Source: Alphaproteobacteria bacterium (GTDB lineage Bacteria; Pseudomonadota; Alphaproteobacteria; GCA-2731375). From it: a stretch of 64,000 nucleotides of DNA. Location of the stretch: assembly GCA_965225945.1 (NCBI GenBank), contig CBDDBZ010000037.1:128001-192000 (forward strand). The letters are read 5' to 3'. Each line of letters opens with the position of its first letter. Position 1 is the stretch's first letter. Of the stretch, positions 9,045-20,348 are shown piece after piece. The notes under the pieces are model-generated. The model did not search any database. It saw only the letters and a program-made list of their open reading frames with translations, and was not told where the DNA came from. Made by a program: the position numbers and the translations under genes.

Positions 9045-9932
9045 ATGAGCGCGCGAGAGCTGCAGGAGTTGATCGAATTGCTGACCCGCCGGCCGATGCC
9101 GGAGAATCCGAGCGTGGAATTAATGCGGGAGCGCTTCGAGAAGCTGGGCGCGCTGCTGCCGGCGCCCGACGAGGCAGCTGTCGAGCCGGTGATCGCGGGC
9201 GGCGTCGCGGCCGAGTTCGTCTCGGCGCCCGGGGCCGAGGACGGCGTGATCCTCCTGCTCCACGGCGGCGGCTACGTCCTCGGCTCGCTCGCCACGCACC
9301 GCAATTTCGCTTATGGCCTTTCGCGGGCCTCGGGCGCGGCCACGCTGGTATTGGATTACCGCCTGGCGCCGGAGCACCGCTTTCCCGCCGCCGTCGACGA
9401 CGCGGTCGCGGGCTATGAATTCTTGCTCGGGCGGGGGAGCGAGCCGGGAAAAATCGCGCTGGTGGGGGATTCCGCGGGCGGCGGCCTGGTGGTCGCGGCC
9501 CTGGTCGCGATCCGGGAGCGCGGCTTGGCGATGCCGGCGGCCGGCGTGGCGATCTCGCCCTGGATCGACCTGGAGGCGGAGGGCGAGTCGATGACCGGCA
9601 AGGCCGACGCCGACCCGCTGGTCGAGCGTCGGCGTCTGCTGGAAATGGCCGACCATTACCTGGGCGGCGCGGATCCCCGAAGCCCGCTGGCGGCCCCGCT
9701 CTACGCCGATCTCTCCGGCCTGCCGCCGTTGCTGATCCAGGTCGGCACGGCGGAAACCCTGCTCTCGGACGCAACCCGGCTCGCCGCGCGGGCGGAGGCG
9801 GCCGGCGTCGAGACGACACTCGAGGTCGCGCCCGACATGATCCACGTCTGGCACCTCTTCGCGCCGATGCTGACCGAGGGGCGCGAGGCGATTGTGCGCG
9901 CCGGCGCCTTCATCCGCGAACGGCTGGCTTGA
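9045..9932 (+). CDS. Alpha/beta hydrolase, HSL-family esterase
   Basis: HGGG, DYRLAPEH, GDSAGG, C-terminal HVW. Confidence 0.92.
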   Translation: MSARELQELIELLTRRPMPENPSVELMRERFEKLGALLPAPDEAAVEPVIAGGVAAEFVSAPGAEDGVILLLHGGGYVLGSLATHRNFAYGLSRASGAATLVLDYRLAPEHRFPAAVDDAVAGYEFLLGRGSEPGKIALVGDSAGGGLVVAALVAIRERGLAMPAAGVAISPWIDLEAEGESMTGKADADPLVERRRLLEMADHYLGGADPRSPLAAPLYADLSGLPPLLIQVGTAETLLSDATRLAARAEAAGVETTLEVAPDMIHVWHLFAPMLTEGREAIVRAGAFIRERLA

Positions 9933-9963
9933 CCGGCGGTCTGGTCGAGCGAGGCGAGCGAGG

Positions 9964-10776
9964 ATGGCGGCCGGCGTCGCCCTGATCGCGCTCCTCGCCG
10001 AAGTATCGCGGAGGCTCCGCCCCGCCACGGGAACGCGACGGCTCGTCCTGGCCGCGGCCACATCGGTCCAGGATTCGGGGCTTCTGCCGCATCTCTTGCC
10101 GCAACTCCAGGCGGCGAGGGGAATCGAGGTCCGGGTCGTCGCGGTCGGCACCGGCGCGGCGCTTCGACTGGCGCGTGACGGCGAGGCCGACCTGGTGATC
10201 GGCCATCACCCGGCCTCGGAGCAAGCCTTGGTCGCCGCCGGCGACGGTATCTGCCGTCACTACCTGATGCACAACGACTATCTGCTGGTCGGGCCGAGCG
10301 GCGATCCGGCCGAAATCGCCGGCGCGCGTGATGCCCTCGAGGCGCTTCGCCGGATCGCCCAGGCACGCGGCCCCTTCATCTCGCGCGGCGACGACGGCGC
10401 CACGCACCGCCGCGAACGGGAGCTCTGGCGCGAGGCCGCCATCGAGCCGGAGCCCGATAGCGGCGGCTGGTACCGCGATACCAGCGCCGGCATGGGCGCG
10501 ACCTTGCGCACCGCCGCCGCCATGGGTGCCTATACGCTGGTCGATCGGGGTACCTGGCTCGGATTGCGCGCCCGCCGCGATCTCATGGTGCTCCACGAGG
10601 GCGACCCGAGCTTGCGCAACGAATACGGCGTGATCCTGGTCGATCCGGCCCGCCACCCCCATGTCGAGGCGGAACGTGGCCAGGCCTTTATCGACTGGCT
10701 GCTGTCTGACGAGGGTCGGGGGGCGATCCGCGGATTTGCCGTCGACGGTCAGGTGCTGTTTCATGTCGATCGGTAG
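9964..10776 (+). CDS. TupA-like tungstate ABC substrate-binding protein
   Basis: TSVQDSGLL, VAVGTGAAL, MHNDY, FISRGD, GMGATL, YTLVDRGTW, LRNEYGVI. Confidence 0.75.
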   Translation: MAAGVALIALLAEVSRRLRPATGTRRLVLAAATSVQDSGLLPHLLPQLQAARGIEVRVVAVGTGAALRLARDGEADLVIGHHPASEQALVAAGDGICRHYLMHNDYLLVGPSGDPAEIAGARDALEALRRIAQARGPFISRGDDGATHRRERELWREAAIEPEPDSGGWYRDTSAGMGATLRTAAAMGAYTLVDRGTWLGLRARRDLMVLHEGDPSLRNEYGVILVDPARHPHVEAERGQAFIDWLLSDEGRGAIRGFAVDGQVLFHVDR

Positions 10777-10801
10777 GCGGCGGCGAGGGAGGGACGGCGC
10801 G

Positions 10802-12019
10802 ATGACGACCGGCACAATCGACGAACGGACGACCCTGGGGACGGCGCCGGCCGGGATACCGGACGAGGTCTTGGCCGAGTTCGCGCAGGAATCCGGCACG
10901 GTCTATCTCGATACCTGCTCGCGGGGACTGCTGCCGCGCTCGGCCCGCGAGGCCGTCGTCGCGCATCTCGACCGGCGGGTCGCGGGGAACGCCGAGAAGG
11001 CAGCCCTGTTCGACGCCCTCGAAGGCGCCAGGGCCGATTTCGCAGGCCTGATCGGCGCCACGGCGGACGAGATCGCGATCACCAAGAACGTTTCCGACGG
11101 GCTCTCGATGATCGCCGGCGCGCTCCCCTGGAAGGCCGGCGACAACCTCGTCGTCTGCCTCGACCTGGAGCACCCCAACAACGTTTACCCCTGGCTGAAC
11201 CTGGCGAAACGCGTCGGTATCGAGGTCCGCGCGGTGGCCCAGCGCGACGGCCATATCGACGCGGAAGCGCTGGCCGACGGAATCGACGATAGGACACGGC
11301 TCGCCACCGTCTCCACCGTCACCTTTTCGCCCGGCTTCCGCACCGACCTCGCGCCCCTCGGCGAAGTCTGTCGGGCCCGGGGCGTACCAATCCTCGCCGA
11401 CGGCGTGCAGTCGGTCGGCATTCTCGACACCGACGTCGATTCGCTAGGCATCGACGCCATGGCCGTCTCCACCCAGAAGGGGCTGCTCGGGCTCTACGGC
11501 TTCGGCTTTCTTTACTGCCGCCGAGAATGGGCGGAGAGCTTGCGACCGCAATCGCTGGCCCGCTTCGGCGTCGATCTCGGGGCTGCCCACGAGGCGACCA
11601 CGGAGGCCGAGGCCTGGCGCTTGATGCCCGGCGCGCGGCGCTTCGACGTCGGCAACTACAACTACGCGGGCGCGATCGTCGCCGGCGTCTCGCTGAAGCT
11701 GCTGCTCGGCGTCGGCACCGAGCGAATCGAGGCCCACGTCGGCCGGCTCGCGCATCGCCTGGCCTCGGGCCTGCTGCAGCTCGGACTGCCGGTGGTCGGC
11801 GGCCCACCGGGCCCGCACCTCGCCTCCATCGTCAGCCTCGGCACGCCCGGCGGCGGCCACGACAGCAGCGACGATCCCCTGGTGACGCGGCTTTACGAGC
11901 GGCTGAGCGCCGCCGGCGTTAAGCTCACCATCCGGCGCGGCACGCTCCGCATGGCGCTCCATCTCTACAACACGGACGACGACATCGACCGCGTCCTGGA
12001 GCTCGTCGCCGACGGCTGA
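10802..12019 (+). CDS. Class V PLP-dependent aminotransferase (cysteine desulfurase-like)
   Basis: YLDT, EHPNN, DGVQSVG, STQKGLLG (PLP lysine), RMALHLYN. Confidence 0.88.
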   Translation: MTTGTIDERTTLGTAPAGIPDEVLAEFAQESGTVYLDTCSRGLLPRSAREAVVAHLDRRVAGNAEKAALFDALEGARADFAGLIGATADEIAITKNVSDGLSMIAGALPWKAGDNLVVCLDLEHPNNVYPWLNLAKRVGIEVRAVAQRDGHIDAEALADGIDDRTRLATVSTVTFSPGFRTDLAPLGEVCRARGVPILADGVQSVGILDTDVDSLGIDAMAVSTQKGLLGLYGFGFLYCRREWAESLRPQSLARFGVDLGAAHEATTEAEAWRLMPGARRFDVGNYNYAGAIVAGVSLKLLLGVGTERIEAHVGRLAHRLASGLLQLGLPVVGGPPGPHLASIVSLGTPGGGHDSSDDPLVTRLYERLSAAGVKLTIRRGTLRMALHLYNTDDDIDRVLELVADG

Positions 12020-12142
12020 TCCGCCTCGATCCGGAAAACGAATAGCGCGGCGAAGCCATGGGACTGTTCCCGATCGAGGCGAAACCAAGCGGGAACATTT
12101 TGTTCTTGATCCCGAGGTCTCGCCGTGATTCCCTGGGGAATC

Positions 12143-12454
12143 ATGGAGTTGTGGCTCGCCATACGTCGCCGGGGACGGGCCTCGATCGCCCCGGCCGTGC
12201 TGCTATTGCTTACCGCCTACTTCGCCTATCACACGGTGCAAGGGCAGCGGGGCCTCATCGCCTATGCCCGGCTGTCGCTCGAGGTCGAGCGGGCCGAGGC
12301 CGAGCTCAGGACGGTGGCCGCGGATAAGCGCGCCATCGAGGCGCGGGTGGCGCTGCTGCATCCCGATCACATCGAACCGGACATGCTGGACGAGCAGACC
12401 CGGCGGATTCTGGGCCTGGCGCACCCCGACGAGGTGGTGATCTACCTCGATTGA
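12143..12454 (+). CDS. ftsB: Septum formation initiator FtsB/DivIC
   Basis: TM segment YFAYH..GQRGL, coiled coil, PDMLDEQTRRILG; usual position upstream of pdhA. Confidence 0.85.
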   Translation: MELWLAIRRRGRASIAPAVLLLLTAYFAYHTVQGQRGLIAYARLSLEVERAEAELRTVAADKRAIEARVALLHPDHIEPDMLDEQTRRILGLAHPDEVVIYLD

Positions 12455-12796
12455 GCGGGACCGGCTGGCTTCACGATTCCGCGATAGGGATTTGACGGCT
12501 TCGACCATGGGGCCAGGGGAAACGCCGTAAGTGCTTACCCTGGCATCGGGAATCGCGATGCCAATGCGACCCCTGGCCGGGCTTATTTAACCAAATTCGA
12601 GTTAATCAAAATAATCCATTGAAATTACGATATTTTCCTCCCTTGATTCGTTGCCGCGTTGGGGGGAGGATAGGGGTCTGGCGCGCTGGTTTCCCCGCAC
12701 GTGCCGCCGGGGCAGGCGCCGGAGAGCGTGCCGGAGCGAGTCTTGCATGGGCATCGATCGGAGCGGCTTCTTGGAAGCGCCTAATTCGGGGGAGTG

Positions 12797-13807
12797 ATGG
12801 CCAAAACCCGGCGAAAACGCAAGCTCGAGGAACCGGGGCCGGTTCCCGAGACCGAGAAACTGCTCGAATACTACCATGCCATGCTGCTCATCCGCCGCTT
12901 CGAGGAGAAGGCGGGGCAGCTTTACGGCATGGGCCTGATCGGCGGCTTTTGCCATCTCTACATCGGCCAGGAAGCCGTCGTCGTCGGCATGCAAGCGGCG
13001 ATCGGCGAGGGCGACGCCGTCATCACCAGCTACCGCGATCATGGCCATATGCTGGCCAGCGGCATGGAGCCGAAGGGCGTGATGGCCGAGCTCACCGGGC
13101 GCGCCGGCGGCTATTCCAAGGGCAAGGGCGGCTCGATGCACATGTTCAGCCGGGAGAAGAGCTTCTTCGGCGGGCACGGCATCGTCGGCGCCCAGGTGCC
13201 GATCGGCACCGGCATCGCCTTCGGCCTGAAGTACCGCGAGACCGACCGGGTCTGCCTGTGCTATTTCGGCGACGGCTCGGCCAACCAGGGCCAAGTCTTC
13301 GAATCCTTCAACATGGCGGAGCTCTGGAAGCTCCCCGTCGTCTACGTCATCGAAAACAACCAGTACGCCATGGGCACCTCGGTGCAGCGCTCCTCGGCGC
13401 AGCCCGATCTCTATCGCCGCGGCGAGAGCTTCGCCATTCCGGGCGAGCAGGTCGACGGCATGGACGTGCTGGCGGTCAAGGCCGCGGGCGAAGCGGCCGT
13501 GGCCTGGGCCCGCGCCGGCCGGGGGCCGATCATCCTGGAAATGAAGACCTACCGCTATCGCGGCCACTCGATGTCCGATCCGGCCAAGTATCGGAGCCGG
13601 GAGGAGGTCCAGCGGATCCGCAGCGAGCGCGATCCGATCGACCGCATGCGCGAATTTCTGATCGCCGGCGATCACGCCGGGGAGGCGGCGCTGAAGGAGA
13701 TCGATCGCGAGATCAAGAAAACCGTGACGGCGGCGGCGGAATTTGCCCAGAGCAGCCCGGAGCCGCTGGTCGAAGAGCTCTACACCGACGTATTGGTGAG
13801 CGCTTAG
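12797..13807 (+). CDS. pdhA: Pyruvate dehydrogenase E1 alpha
   Basis: GFCHLYIGQEA, GKGGSMH, GDG...NQGQ, TYRYRGHSMSDP. Confidence 0.97.
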   Translation: MAKTRRKRKLEEPGPVPETEKLLEYYHAMLLIRRFEEKAGQLYGMGLIGGFCHLYIGQEAVVVGMQAAIGEGDAVITSYRDHGHMLASGMEPKGVMAELTGRAGGYSKGKGGSMHMFSREKSFFGGHGIVGAQVPIGTGIAFGLKYRETDRVCLCYFGDGSANQGQVFESFNMAELWKLPVVYVIENNQYAMGTSVQRSSAQPDLYRRGESFAIPGEQVDGMDVLAVKAAGEAAVAWARAGRGPIILEMKTYRYRGHSMSDPAKYRSREEVQRIRSERDPIDRMREFLIAGDHAGEAALKEIDREIKKTVTAAAEFAQSSPEPLVEELYTDVLVSA

Positions 13808-13845
13808 TGGATTCTATCCACTAGAGCCAAATCCGAGTCGAACTC

Positions 13846-15219
13846 ATGCCGATCACCATCACCATGCCGGCGCTGTCGCCCACCATGACCGAGGGCACGC
13901 TCGCCAGATGGCTCGTCGGCGAAGGCGATGCGGTCACCAGCGGCGACATCCTGGCCGAGATCGAGACCGACAAGGCGACCATGGAGGTCGAGGCGATCGA
14001 AGACGGCATCGTCGCCAAGCTGCTGGTGGCGGAGGGGAGCGAGGGCGTCTCGGTCAACACGCCGATCCTGATCCTGCTCCGGGACGGCGAGGACGCGGGG
14101 CAGATCGTGGTGCCGGCGCCCCCGCCCGAGGCCGCGGCGCCCGTCGCGGCAGCGCCCGCCCGCCCGGCCGCCAGCGTCGCGCCGCTCGCGCCCACCGCGC
14201 CGGCGCCGCTCGAGCCCGAGCTTCCGGCCGGCACCGAAATGCGCACGATGACGGTCAGGGAAGCCTTGCGCGACGCCATGGCGGAAGAGATGCGCCTGGA
14301 CCCGGCGGTCTTCCTGATGGGCGAGGAGGTGGCGGAATATCAAGGCGCCTACAAGGTGAGCCAGGGCCTGCTGGAGGAGTTCGGCAACGCCCGGGTAATC
14401 GACACCCCGATCACCGAGCACGGCTTCGCCGGCCTCGGCGTCGGTGCCGCCTTCAGCGGCCTGAAGCCGATCGTCGAATTTATGACCTTCAATTTCGCCA
14501 TGCAGGCGATGGACCAGATCATCAATTCCGCCGCCAAGACGCGCTATATGTCGGGTGGCCAGATGGGCGCCTCGATCGTCTTTCGCGGCCCCAACGGCGC
14601 CGCCGCCCGCGTCGCCGCGCAGCATTCGCAGTGCTATGCCTCCTGGTATGCCCATTGTCCCGGCCTGAAGGTGATCGCGCCCTTCTCGGCCGGCGACGCC
14701 AAGGGCCTCCTGAAGGCGGCGATCCGCGATCCCAATCCGGTCATCGTGCTGGAGAACGAAATCCTCTATGGCCACACCTTCGAGGTCCCGGTGCTGGCCG
14801 ATCACGTGGTGCCGATCGGCCGCGCCCGGGTCGCGCGGCCCGGTAGCGACGTCACCATCGTCGCCTTTTCGCTCTGCGTCGCCCATGCGCTCGAGGCGGC
14901 GGAACTGCTGGCGGGCGACGGCATCGACGCGGAGGTGATCGATCTCCGCTCGCTGCGCCCGCTCGACGTCGAGACCGTGGCCGCCTCGATCGCCAAGACC
15001 AATCGCTGCGTCAGCGTGGAGGAGGGCTGGCCCGCCTGCGGCATCGGCTCGGAGATCGCCGCGCAGGTCATGGAACATGCCTTCGACGATCTCGACGCGC
15101 CCCTCGCGCGGGTCACCTCCGAGGACGTGCCGCTGCCGTACGCCGCCAACCTGGAGCGCCTGGCCCTGCCGGACCCGGAGAAGGTCGCGGCGGCCGCGCG
15201 TCGGGTCTGTTATCGCTAG
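13846..15219 (+). CDS. pdhB: Pyruvate dehydrogenase E1 beta with N-terminal lipoyl domain
   Basis: ETDKA lipoyl motif, [23 protein letters not shown]. Confidence 0.97.
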   Translation: MPITITMPALSPTMTEGTLARWLVGEGDAVTSGDILAEIETDKATMEVEAIEDGIVAKLLVAEGSEGVSVNTPILILLRDGEDAGQIVVPAPPPEAAAPVAAAPARPAASVAPLAPTAPAPLEPELPAGTEMRTMTVREALRDAMAEEMRLDPAVFLMGEEVAEYQGAYKVSQGLLEEFGNARVIDTPITEHGFAGLGVGAAFSGLKPIVEFMTFNFAMQAMDQIINSAAKTRYMSGGQMGASIVFRGPNGAAARVAAQHSQCYASWYAHCPGLKVIAPFSAGDAKGLLKAAIRDPNPVIVLENEILYGHTFEVPVLADHVVPIGRARVARPGSDVTIVAFSLCVAHALEAAELLAGDGIDAEVIDLRSLRPLDVETVAASIAKTNRCVSVEEGWPACGIGSEIAAQVMEHAFDDLDAPLARVTSEDVPLPYAANLERLALPDPEKVAAAARRVCYR

Positions 15220-15263
15220 CGTCGACGCGCGTTGACGCGCGTCGCCTTGAGAGGGAAGCCGCC

Positions 15264-16568
15264 ATGCCGATCACCATCACCATGCCGGCGCTCTCGCCGA
15301 CCATGACCGAGGGCACGCTCGCCAAGTGGATGGTCGCCGAGGGTGACAGCGTCGCCTCGGGCGACATCATCGCCGAGATCGAGACCGACAAGGCGACCAT
15401 GGAGATCGAGGCGGTCGACGAGGGGACCGTGGCCCGGATCCTGGTGCCGGAGGGGACCGAGGGGGTCGCCGTCAACACGCCGATCGCGATCGTGCTGGAG
15501 GAAGGGGAGGACGCGGCCGCCGTCGCCGCGACGCCCGCGCCCGCCGAGGCCCCCGCGACCGCGTCCGCCGAGGCCCCCGCGCCGGCTCCCGCCGAGGCCC
15601 CCGCGCCGGCTCCGGCCGCCGCCGCGCCGTCCCAGGCGCCTTCGGCCGGCAACGGCAAGGCGCCGCCCGCGCCGCTCTCGGCCTCGGGCGAACGCATCAA
15701 GGCGAGCCCGCTCGCGCGGCGGATGGCGGCGCAGGCGGGCCTGGAGCTGACGGCGCTGGCCGGCTCGGGTCCCGGCGGCCGCATCGTCAAGGCGGACATC
15801 GAGGCGGCGCTGGCGAGGCCCCGGGCGGCCGCCGCGCCGGCTCCCACGCCGCTCGCCCCGGCGGCGGCGCAACCGTTCGAGCCGGCCTTCACGCTCGAGC
15901 CCTTGAGCCGGATGCGCAAGACCATCGCCCGGCGCTTGAGCGAATCGAAGCAGACCGTGCCGCACTTCTACCTGACCGTGGACTGCGAGCTCGACGCTCT
16001 CCTGGCGCTCCGCACAGCGCTCAACGACAAGGCCGACGGAGCCTACCGCCTCTCGCTCAACGACGTGGTGATCAAGGCGGCGGCGGTGGCCCTGAAGCGG
16101 GTGCCGGCGGCCAACGCCTCCTTCACCGAGGACGGCCTGAAACTTTACGCCTCGGCCGACATCTCGGTCGCCGTGGCGACGGAGCGGGGACTGATCACGC
16201 CGGTGGTGCGCAATGCCGGCGAGAAGGGGCTCGAGACCATATCGGGCGAGATGAAGGCGCTGGCCCAGAAGGCGCACCACGGTAAGTTGCTGCCGGAGGA
16301 CTATCTTGGCGGCAGCTTCTCGATCTCCAACCTCGGCATGTACGGCATCAAGCAGTTCGAGGCGGTGATCAACCCGCCGCAGGCCTGCATCCTGGCGGTC
16401 GGCGCCGGCGAACAGCGCGCGGTGGTGAAGGACGGCGCGCTCGCCGTGGCGACGGTGATGAGCTGCACGCTCTCCGTCGATCACCGCGCCGTCGACGGCG
16501 CTATCGGCGCCGAATATCTCGCCGCCTTCAAGCGCCTGATCGAGGATCCGGTGACGATGCTCCTGTAG
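15264..16568 (+). CDS. pdhC: Dihydrolipoamide acetyltransferase E2
   Basis: Lipoyl domain, ASPLARR E3-binding domain, DHRAVDGA. Confidence 0.97.
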   Translation: MPITITMPALSPTMTEGTLAKWMVAEGDSVASGDIIAEIETDKATMEIEAVDEGTVARILVPEGTEGVAVNTPIAIVLEEGEDAAAVAATPAPAEAPATASAEAPAPAPAEAPAPAPAAAAPSQAPSAGNGKAPPAPLSASGERIKASPLARRMAAQAGLELTALAGSGPGGRIVKADIEAALARPRAAAAPAPTPLAPAAAQPFEPAFTLEPLSRMRKTIARRLSESKQTVPHFYLTVDCELDALLALRTALNDKADGAYRLSLNDVVIKAAAVALKRVPAANASFTEDGLKLYASADISVAVATERGLITPVVRNAGEKGLETISGEMKALAQKAHHGKLLPEDYLGGSFSISNLGMYGIKQFEAVINPPQACILAVGAGEQRAVVKDGALAVATVMSCTLSVDHRAVDGAIGAEYLAAFKRLIEDPVTMLL

Positions 16569-16582
16569 AAGAGGTCCCGTCC

Positions 16583-17986
16583 ATGGCCAACGATTCCTTC
16601 GACGTCGCCGTGGTCGGCGGCGGCCCGGGCGGCTACGTCGCCGCCATCCGCGCGGCGCAACTGGGCCTGAAGGCCGCCGTCGTCGAGCGCGAACATCTGG
16701 GCGGCATTTGCCTCAACTGGGGCTGCATCCCGACCAAGGCGCTGCTCCGGAGCGCCGAGATCTATCACCTGATGAGCCGCGCCGACGAGTTCGGGCTCAC
16801 GGTCGAAAACCTCGGCTTCGACCTCGCCAAGATCATCGCGCGGAGCCGCAAGATCGCGAGCCAGCTCAACGCCGGGGTCAAGCATCTGCTGGCCAAGAAC
16901 AAGGTGGTGGTGATCGACGGCCACGCCCGCCTCGCCGGCCAGGGCCGCCTGGCGGTCGAGAAGGACGGCGAGGCCGTGGCCGAGATCCAGGCCGAGCATA
17001 TCGTCCTCGCCACCGGCGCCCGGGCGCGCGAGCTGCCGGGGCTGGAGGCCGACGGCAAGCTGGTTTGGACCTACAAGGAGGCGATGGTGCCGAAGGTGAT
17101 GCCCACTTCGCTTCTGGTCGTGGGTTCCGGCGCCATCGGTATCGAGTTCGCGAGCTTCTATCGCACGCTCGGCGCCGAGGTGACCGTGGTCGAGGTGCTG
17201 GAGCGCATCCTGCCGGTGGAGGACGAGGAGATCTCCACCTTCGCCCGCCAGGCCTTCGAGAAGCAGGGCATGAAGATCCACGTGGCGACCCGGGTGACGG
17301 AGCTCGCCAAGGCGCGTGGCAAGGTGACCGCGAGCCTCGATCTCGGCGGCGGCAAATCCGAGAAGCTCACCGTCGAGCGGGTGATCCTCGCCGTCGGCAT
17401 CGTCGGCAACGTCGAGGCTCTGGGCCTGGAAAACACCAAGGTGGAGGTCGAGCAGGACCATATCGTCACCGACGAATGGTCGGCTACGGGCGAGCCCGGG
17501 GTCCATGCCATCGGCGACGTCGCGGGGCCACCCTGGCTGGCCCACAAGGCCAGCCACGAGGGCGTGATCTGCGTCGAGCGGATCGCCGGCGTGGCGGGCC
17601 TCCATCCGCTCGACACCGCCAACATCGCGGGCTGCACCTATTGCCAACCGCAGGTGGCGAGCATCGGCATGAGCGAGGCGGCGGCCAAGGCCGCCGGCTA
17701 TGAGGTCAAGGTCGGCCGCTTCCCCTTCCTTGGCAACGGCAAGGCGATCGCGCTGGGCGAGGCGGAAGGCCTGGTCAAGACCGTGTTCGACGCCAACAGC
17801 GGCGAGCTGCTGGGCGCGCACATGGTGGGGGCCGAGGTGACGGAGCTGATTCAGGGCTACGGCGTGGCCCGAACGCTGGAAGCGACGGAGGCGGAATTGA
17901 TGCACGCCATCTTCCCGCACCCGACGCTTTCCGAGATGATGCACGAATCCGTGCTTGACGCCTACGGCCGGGCGATCCATTTCTAG
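16583..17986 (+). CDS. lpdA: Dihydrolipoyl dehydrogenase E3
   Basis: [25 protein letters not shown]. Confidence 0.97.
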   Translation: MANDSFDVAVVGGGPGGYVAAIRAAQLGLKAAVVEREHLGGICLNWGCIPTKALLRSAEIYHLMSRADEFGLTVENLGFDLAKIIARSRKIASQLNAGVKHLLAKNKVVVIDGHARLAGQGRLAVEKDGEAVAEIQAEHIVLATGARARELPGLEADGKLVWTYKEAMVPKVMPTSLLVVGSGAIGIEFASFYRTLGAEVTVVEVLERILPVEDEEISTFARQAFEKQGMKIHVATRVTELAKARGKVTASLDLGGGKSEKLTVERVILAVGIVGNVEALGLENTKVEVEQDHIVTDEWSATGEPGVHAIGDVAGPPWLAHKASHEGVICVERIAGVAGLHPLDTANIAGCTYCQPQVASIGMSEAAAKAAGYEVKVGRFPFLGNGKAIALGEAEGLVKTVFDANSGELLGAHMVGAEVTELIQGYGVARTLEATEAELMHAIFPHPTLSEMMHESVLDAYGRAIHF

Positions 17987-18054
17987 TACGCTCGACCCAT
18001 CTTGCTATGCCTAGCCCGAACACGGCCCCGGAACCGCCGAGCAGCGACGAAAGC

Positions 18055-19008
18055 ATGACAGCCACCTTCGAGGACGGCGTGGCGGCGCGCCACCCGGAAA
18101 AGCGCCATCGGCCTGATAACCCGAGCCCGCGCAAGCCGCGCTGGATCCGGGTCAAGGCGCCGACCTCGCCGGTCTATGGCGAGACCCGGCGGATCGTGCG
18201 CGAGCATGGCCTGCATACCGTCTGCGAGGAGGCGGCCTGCCCCAATATCGGCGAGTGCTGGGCCAAGCGTCACGTCACCATGCTGATCATGGGCGACGTC
18301 TGTACCCGGGCCTGCACCTTCTGCAACGTCAAGACCGGCAAGCCCGGCCGCCTGGATGGCGCCGAGCCGGGGCGCGTCGGCGATGCGGTGGCCAAGCTCG
18401 GCCTCGCCCATGTCGTCGTCACCTCGGTCGATCGCGACGATCTGGCGGATGGCGGCGCCGGCCACTTCGCGGCGGTGATCGAAGCGATCCGCGCCGCCGC
18501 GCCGCGCACCACGATCGAGGTCTTGACGCCCGACTTCCTCGGCAAGCCCGGCGCGCTGGAAATCGTCGTCGAGGCGGCGCCCGACGTCTTCAACCACAAC
18601 CTCGAAACCGTGCCGAGGCTCTATCCGACGGTGCGCCCCGGCGCCCGCTACTTCGCCTCGCTGCAACTCCTGGCCGAGGCGAAGACGCTCGAGCCCTCGC
18701 TCTTTACCAAATCCGGCCTGATGGTCGGCCTCGGCGAGGGGCGCCTCGAGGTGCACCAGGTGATGGACGACCTACGTTCGGCCGAGGTCGATTTCCTGAC
18801 CATCGGCCAATACCTGCAGCCGACGCCGAAGCACCACGCGATCGACCGTTTCGTCGAGCCCGAGGCGTTCGAGGACTTCGCCCGTATGGCGCGCGGCAAG
18901 GGCTTCCACATGGTTTCCGCCTCGCCGCTGACGCGCTCCTCCTATCATGCCGATTCCGACTTCGCCGAGCTGCGTCGCCGGCGCGCGGCGAGCTCGAGGG
19001 CCAGCTAG
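18055..19008 (+). CDS. lipA: Lipoyl synthase (alternative start 18007)
   Basis: [26 protein letters not shown]. Confidence 0.96.
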   Translation: MTATFEDGVAARHPEKRHRPDNPSPRKPRWIRVKAPTSPVYGETRRIVREHGLHTVCEEAACPNIGECWAKRHVTMLIMGDVCTRACTFCNVKTGKPGRLDGAEPGRVGDAVAKLGLAHVVVTSVDRDDLADGGAGHFAAVIEAIRAAAPRTTIEVLTPDFLGKPGALEIVVEAAPDVFNHNLETVPRLYPTVRPGARYFASLQLLAEAKTLEPSLFTKSGLMVGLGEGRLEVHQVMDDLRSAEVDFLTIGQYLQPTPKHHAIDRFVEPEAFEDFARMARGKGFHMVSASPLTRSSYHADSDFAELRRRRAASSRAS

Positions 19009-19014
19009 CGCGCC

Positions 19015-19491
19015 ATGCCGACGCACGCGGAAATCAGGACGCTGCCCTACCGGCCGGATCAACTGTTCGATCTCGTCGCCGATATCGAGAAATATCCCGA
19101 GTTCCTGCCCTGGTGCGTCGGCTGCCGCGTCACCTTGCGTGACGGCGACGTGATCTGGGGCGACGTGGTGGTCGGCTTCAAGCTGTTTCGCGAGACCTTT
19201 ACCTCGAAAGTGACGCTGGAACGGCCGGACCGCATCCACGTCGCCTATATCGACGGGCCTTTCCACTATCTCGACAATCACTGGGTCTTCATCCCGGCCG
19301 ACGAGGGGCGGGCCACGACGATCGACTTCTACGTCGATTTCGAGTTCCGCTCCCGCGCCCTCCAGCTCGTGGCACGGGTCGCCTTTACGGAGGCGGTCAA
19401 GCGCATGGTCCGGGCCTTCGAGCTGCGGGCGCGCGACGTCTACGGCGAAGCCCCGGCGCTCGACGCGACACCGGTGCCGGCGGGCGATTGA
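19015..19491 (+). CDS. ratA: Coq10/RatA START-domain protein
   Basis: LVADIEKYPEFLPWC, GPFHYLDNHW, AFELRA; follows lipA. Confidence 0.85.
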   Translation: MPTHAEIRTLPYRPDQLFDLVADIEKYPEFLPWCVGCRVTLRDGDVIWGDVVVGFKLFRETFTSKVTLERPDRIHVAYIDGPFHYLDNHWVFIPADEGRATTIDFYVDFEFRSRALQLVARVAFTEAVKRMVRAFELRARDVYGEAPALDATPVPAGD

Positions 19492-19617
19492 GAGCGTCCG
19501 CCGCGCTGTCGACGATACCGGGCCGTGTTTTCCATGACATCGCACTCATTACGAGTTTATTTTTTTCCTTGCAGTAGGCAGATCATAACTAAATACTAAT
19601 ATAAAGGAGACGAGTCG

Positions 19618-19866
19618 ATGAACCGGCGGCTACGTCTTCTTGAGCGGATGCGGGCCAACCCGCGCGGCGACTGGACGATCCAGGATATACAGGCCGTCGC
19701 TCGCCGATTCGAAGACAAGGGCCTGCGGGTTCAGGCGCCAACGCGAGGCTCGCACTACAAGGTCTCCCATCCCGATGTCGAGGAAATCTTGACGATCCCC
19801 GCGACTCGGCCGTTGAAGCCCGTGTATATCCGGCGGTTCGTTGGTATGGTGGATAGTATCACTTAG
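19618..19866 (+). CDS. hicA: HicA-family toxin
   Basis: RGSHY..HP....LTIP...PLKPVYI; paired with hicB. Confidence 0.8.
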   Translation: MNRRLRLLERMRANPRGDWTIQDIQAVARRFEDKGLRVQAPTRGSHYKVSHPDVEEILTIPATRPLKPVYIRRFVGMVDSIT

Positions 19867-19931
19867 AACGAGCGCGGCATGAGGCTGGCGCCCAATTCAG
19901 ATACGTCCCGTCCGAGAAAGGGGACAGAAAC

Positions 19932-20279
19932 ATGGACTATCTCACGATCATCCGACCGCTTCCGCGCGAGGAAGGCGGCGGCTTCCTGGCCGAGCTCCCG
20001 GATCTGCCCGGCTGCATTTCGGACGGCGAGACCTATGAGGAGGCGATCGCCAACGTCCGAGACGCCGCGGAGGAATGGATCGCCACGGCCAAGGAGATGG
20101 GCCGGCCCATTCCCGAGCCCGGTGCCGCCGAAGGCTACAGCGGAAAATGGCTTCAACGTGTCCCCAAGTCGCTTCACATGCGCCTCGCCGCTCAGGCCAA
20201 GCGCGAGGGCGTGAGCTTGAACGCCTTGGCCACGGCCTTGCTGGCCGAGGGCCTGGGGAAACGGAACGCGGCGGCGTGA
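19932..20279 (+). CDS. hicB: HicB-family antitoxin
   Basis: GGFLAELPDLPGCISDGETYEEA plus C-terminal YSGK...RVPKSLH...EGVSLN ribbon-helix-helix. Confidence 0.9.
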   Translation: MDYLTIIRPLPREEGGGFLAELPDLPGCISDGETYEEAIANVRDAAEEWIATAKEMGRPIPEPGAAEGYSGKWLQRVPKSLHMRLAAQAKREGVSLNALATALLAEGLGKRNAAA

Positions 20280-20348
20280 GCCGCGCCGCCTTCGTGATCG
20301 AGCTCGAGTCCGGTGCCGGCGACTTCCTCGTCGACGCCCGAGCCTCGG

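Noticed and set aside
12587-12605. TTAA...TTAA upstream of pdhA as a CtrA box
   Set aside because: Spacing is 11 nt, not the canonical 7.
13846-15490. Near-identical 5' ends of pdhB and pdhC
   Set aside because: Homologous lipoyl domains; PdhB with a lipoyl domain is normal in Alphaproteobacteria.
15542-15615. 24-bp tandem repeats (GCCGAGGCCCCCGCG...)
   Set aside because: They encode the Ala/Pro linker of E2; not a CRISPR array.
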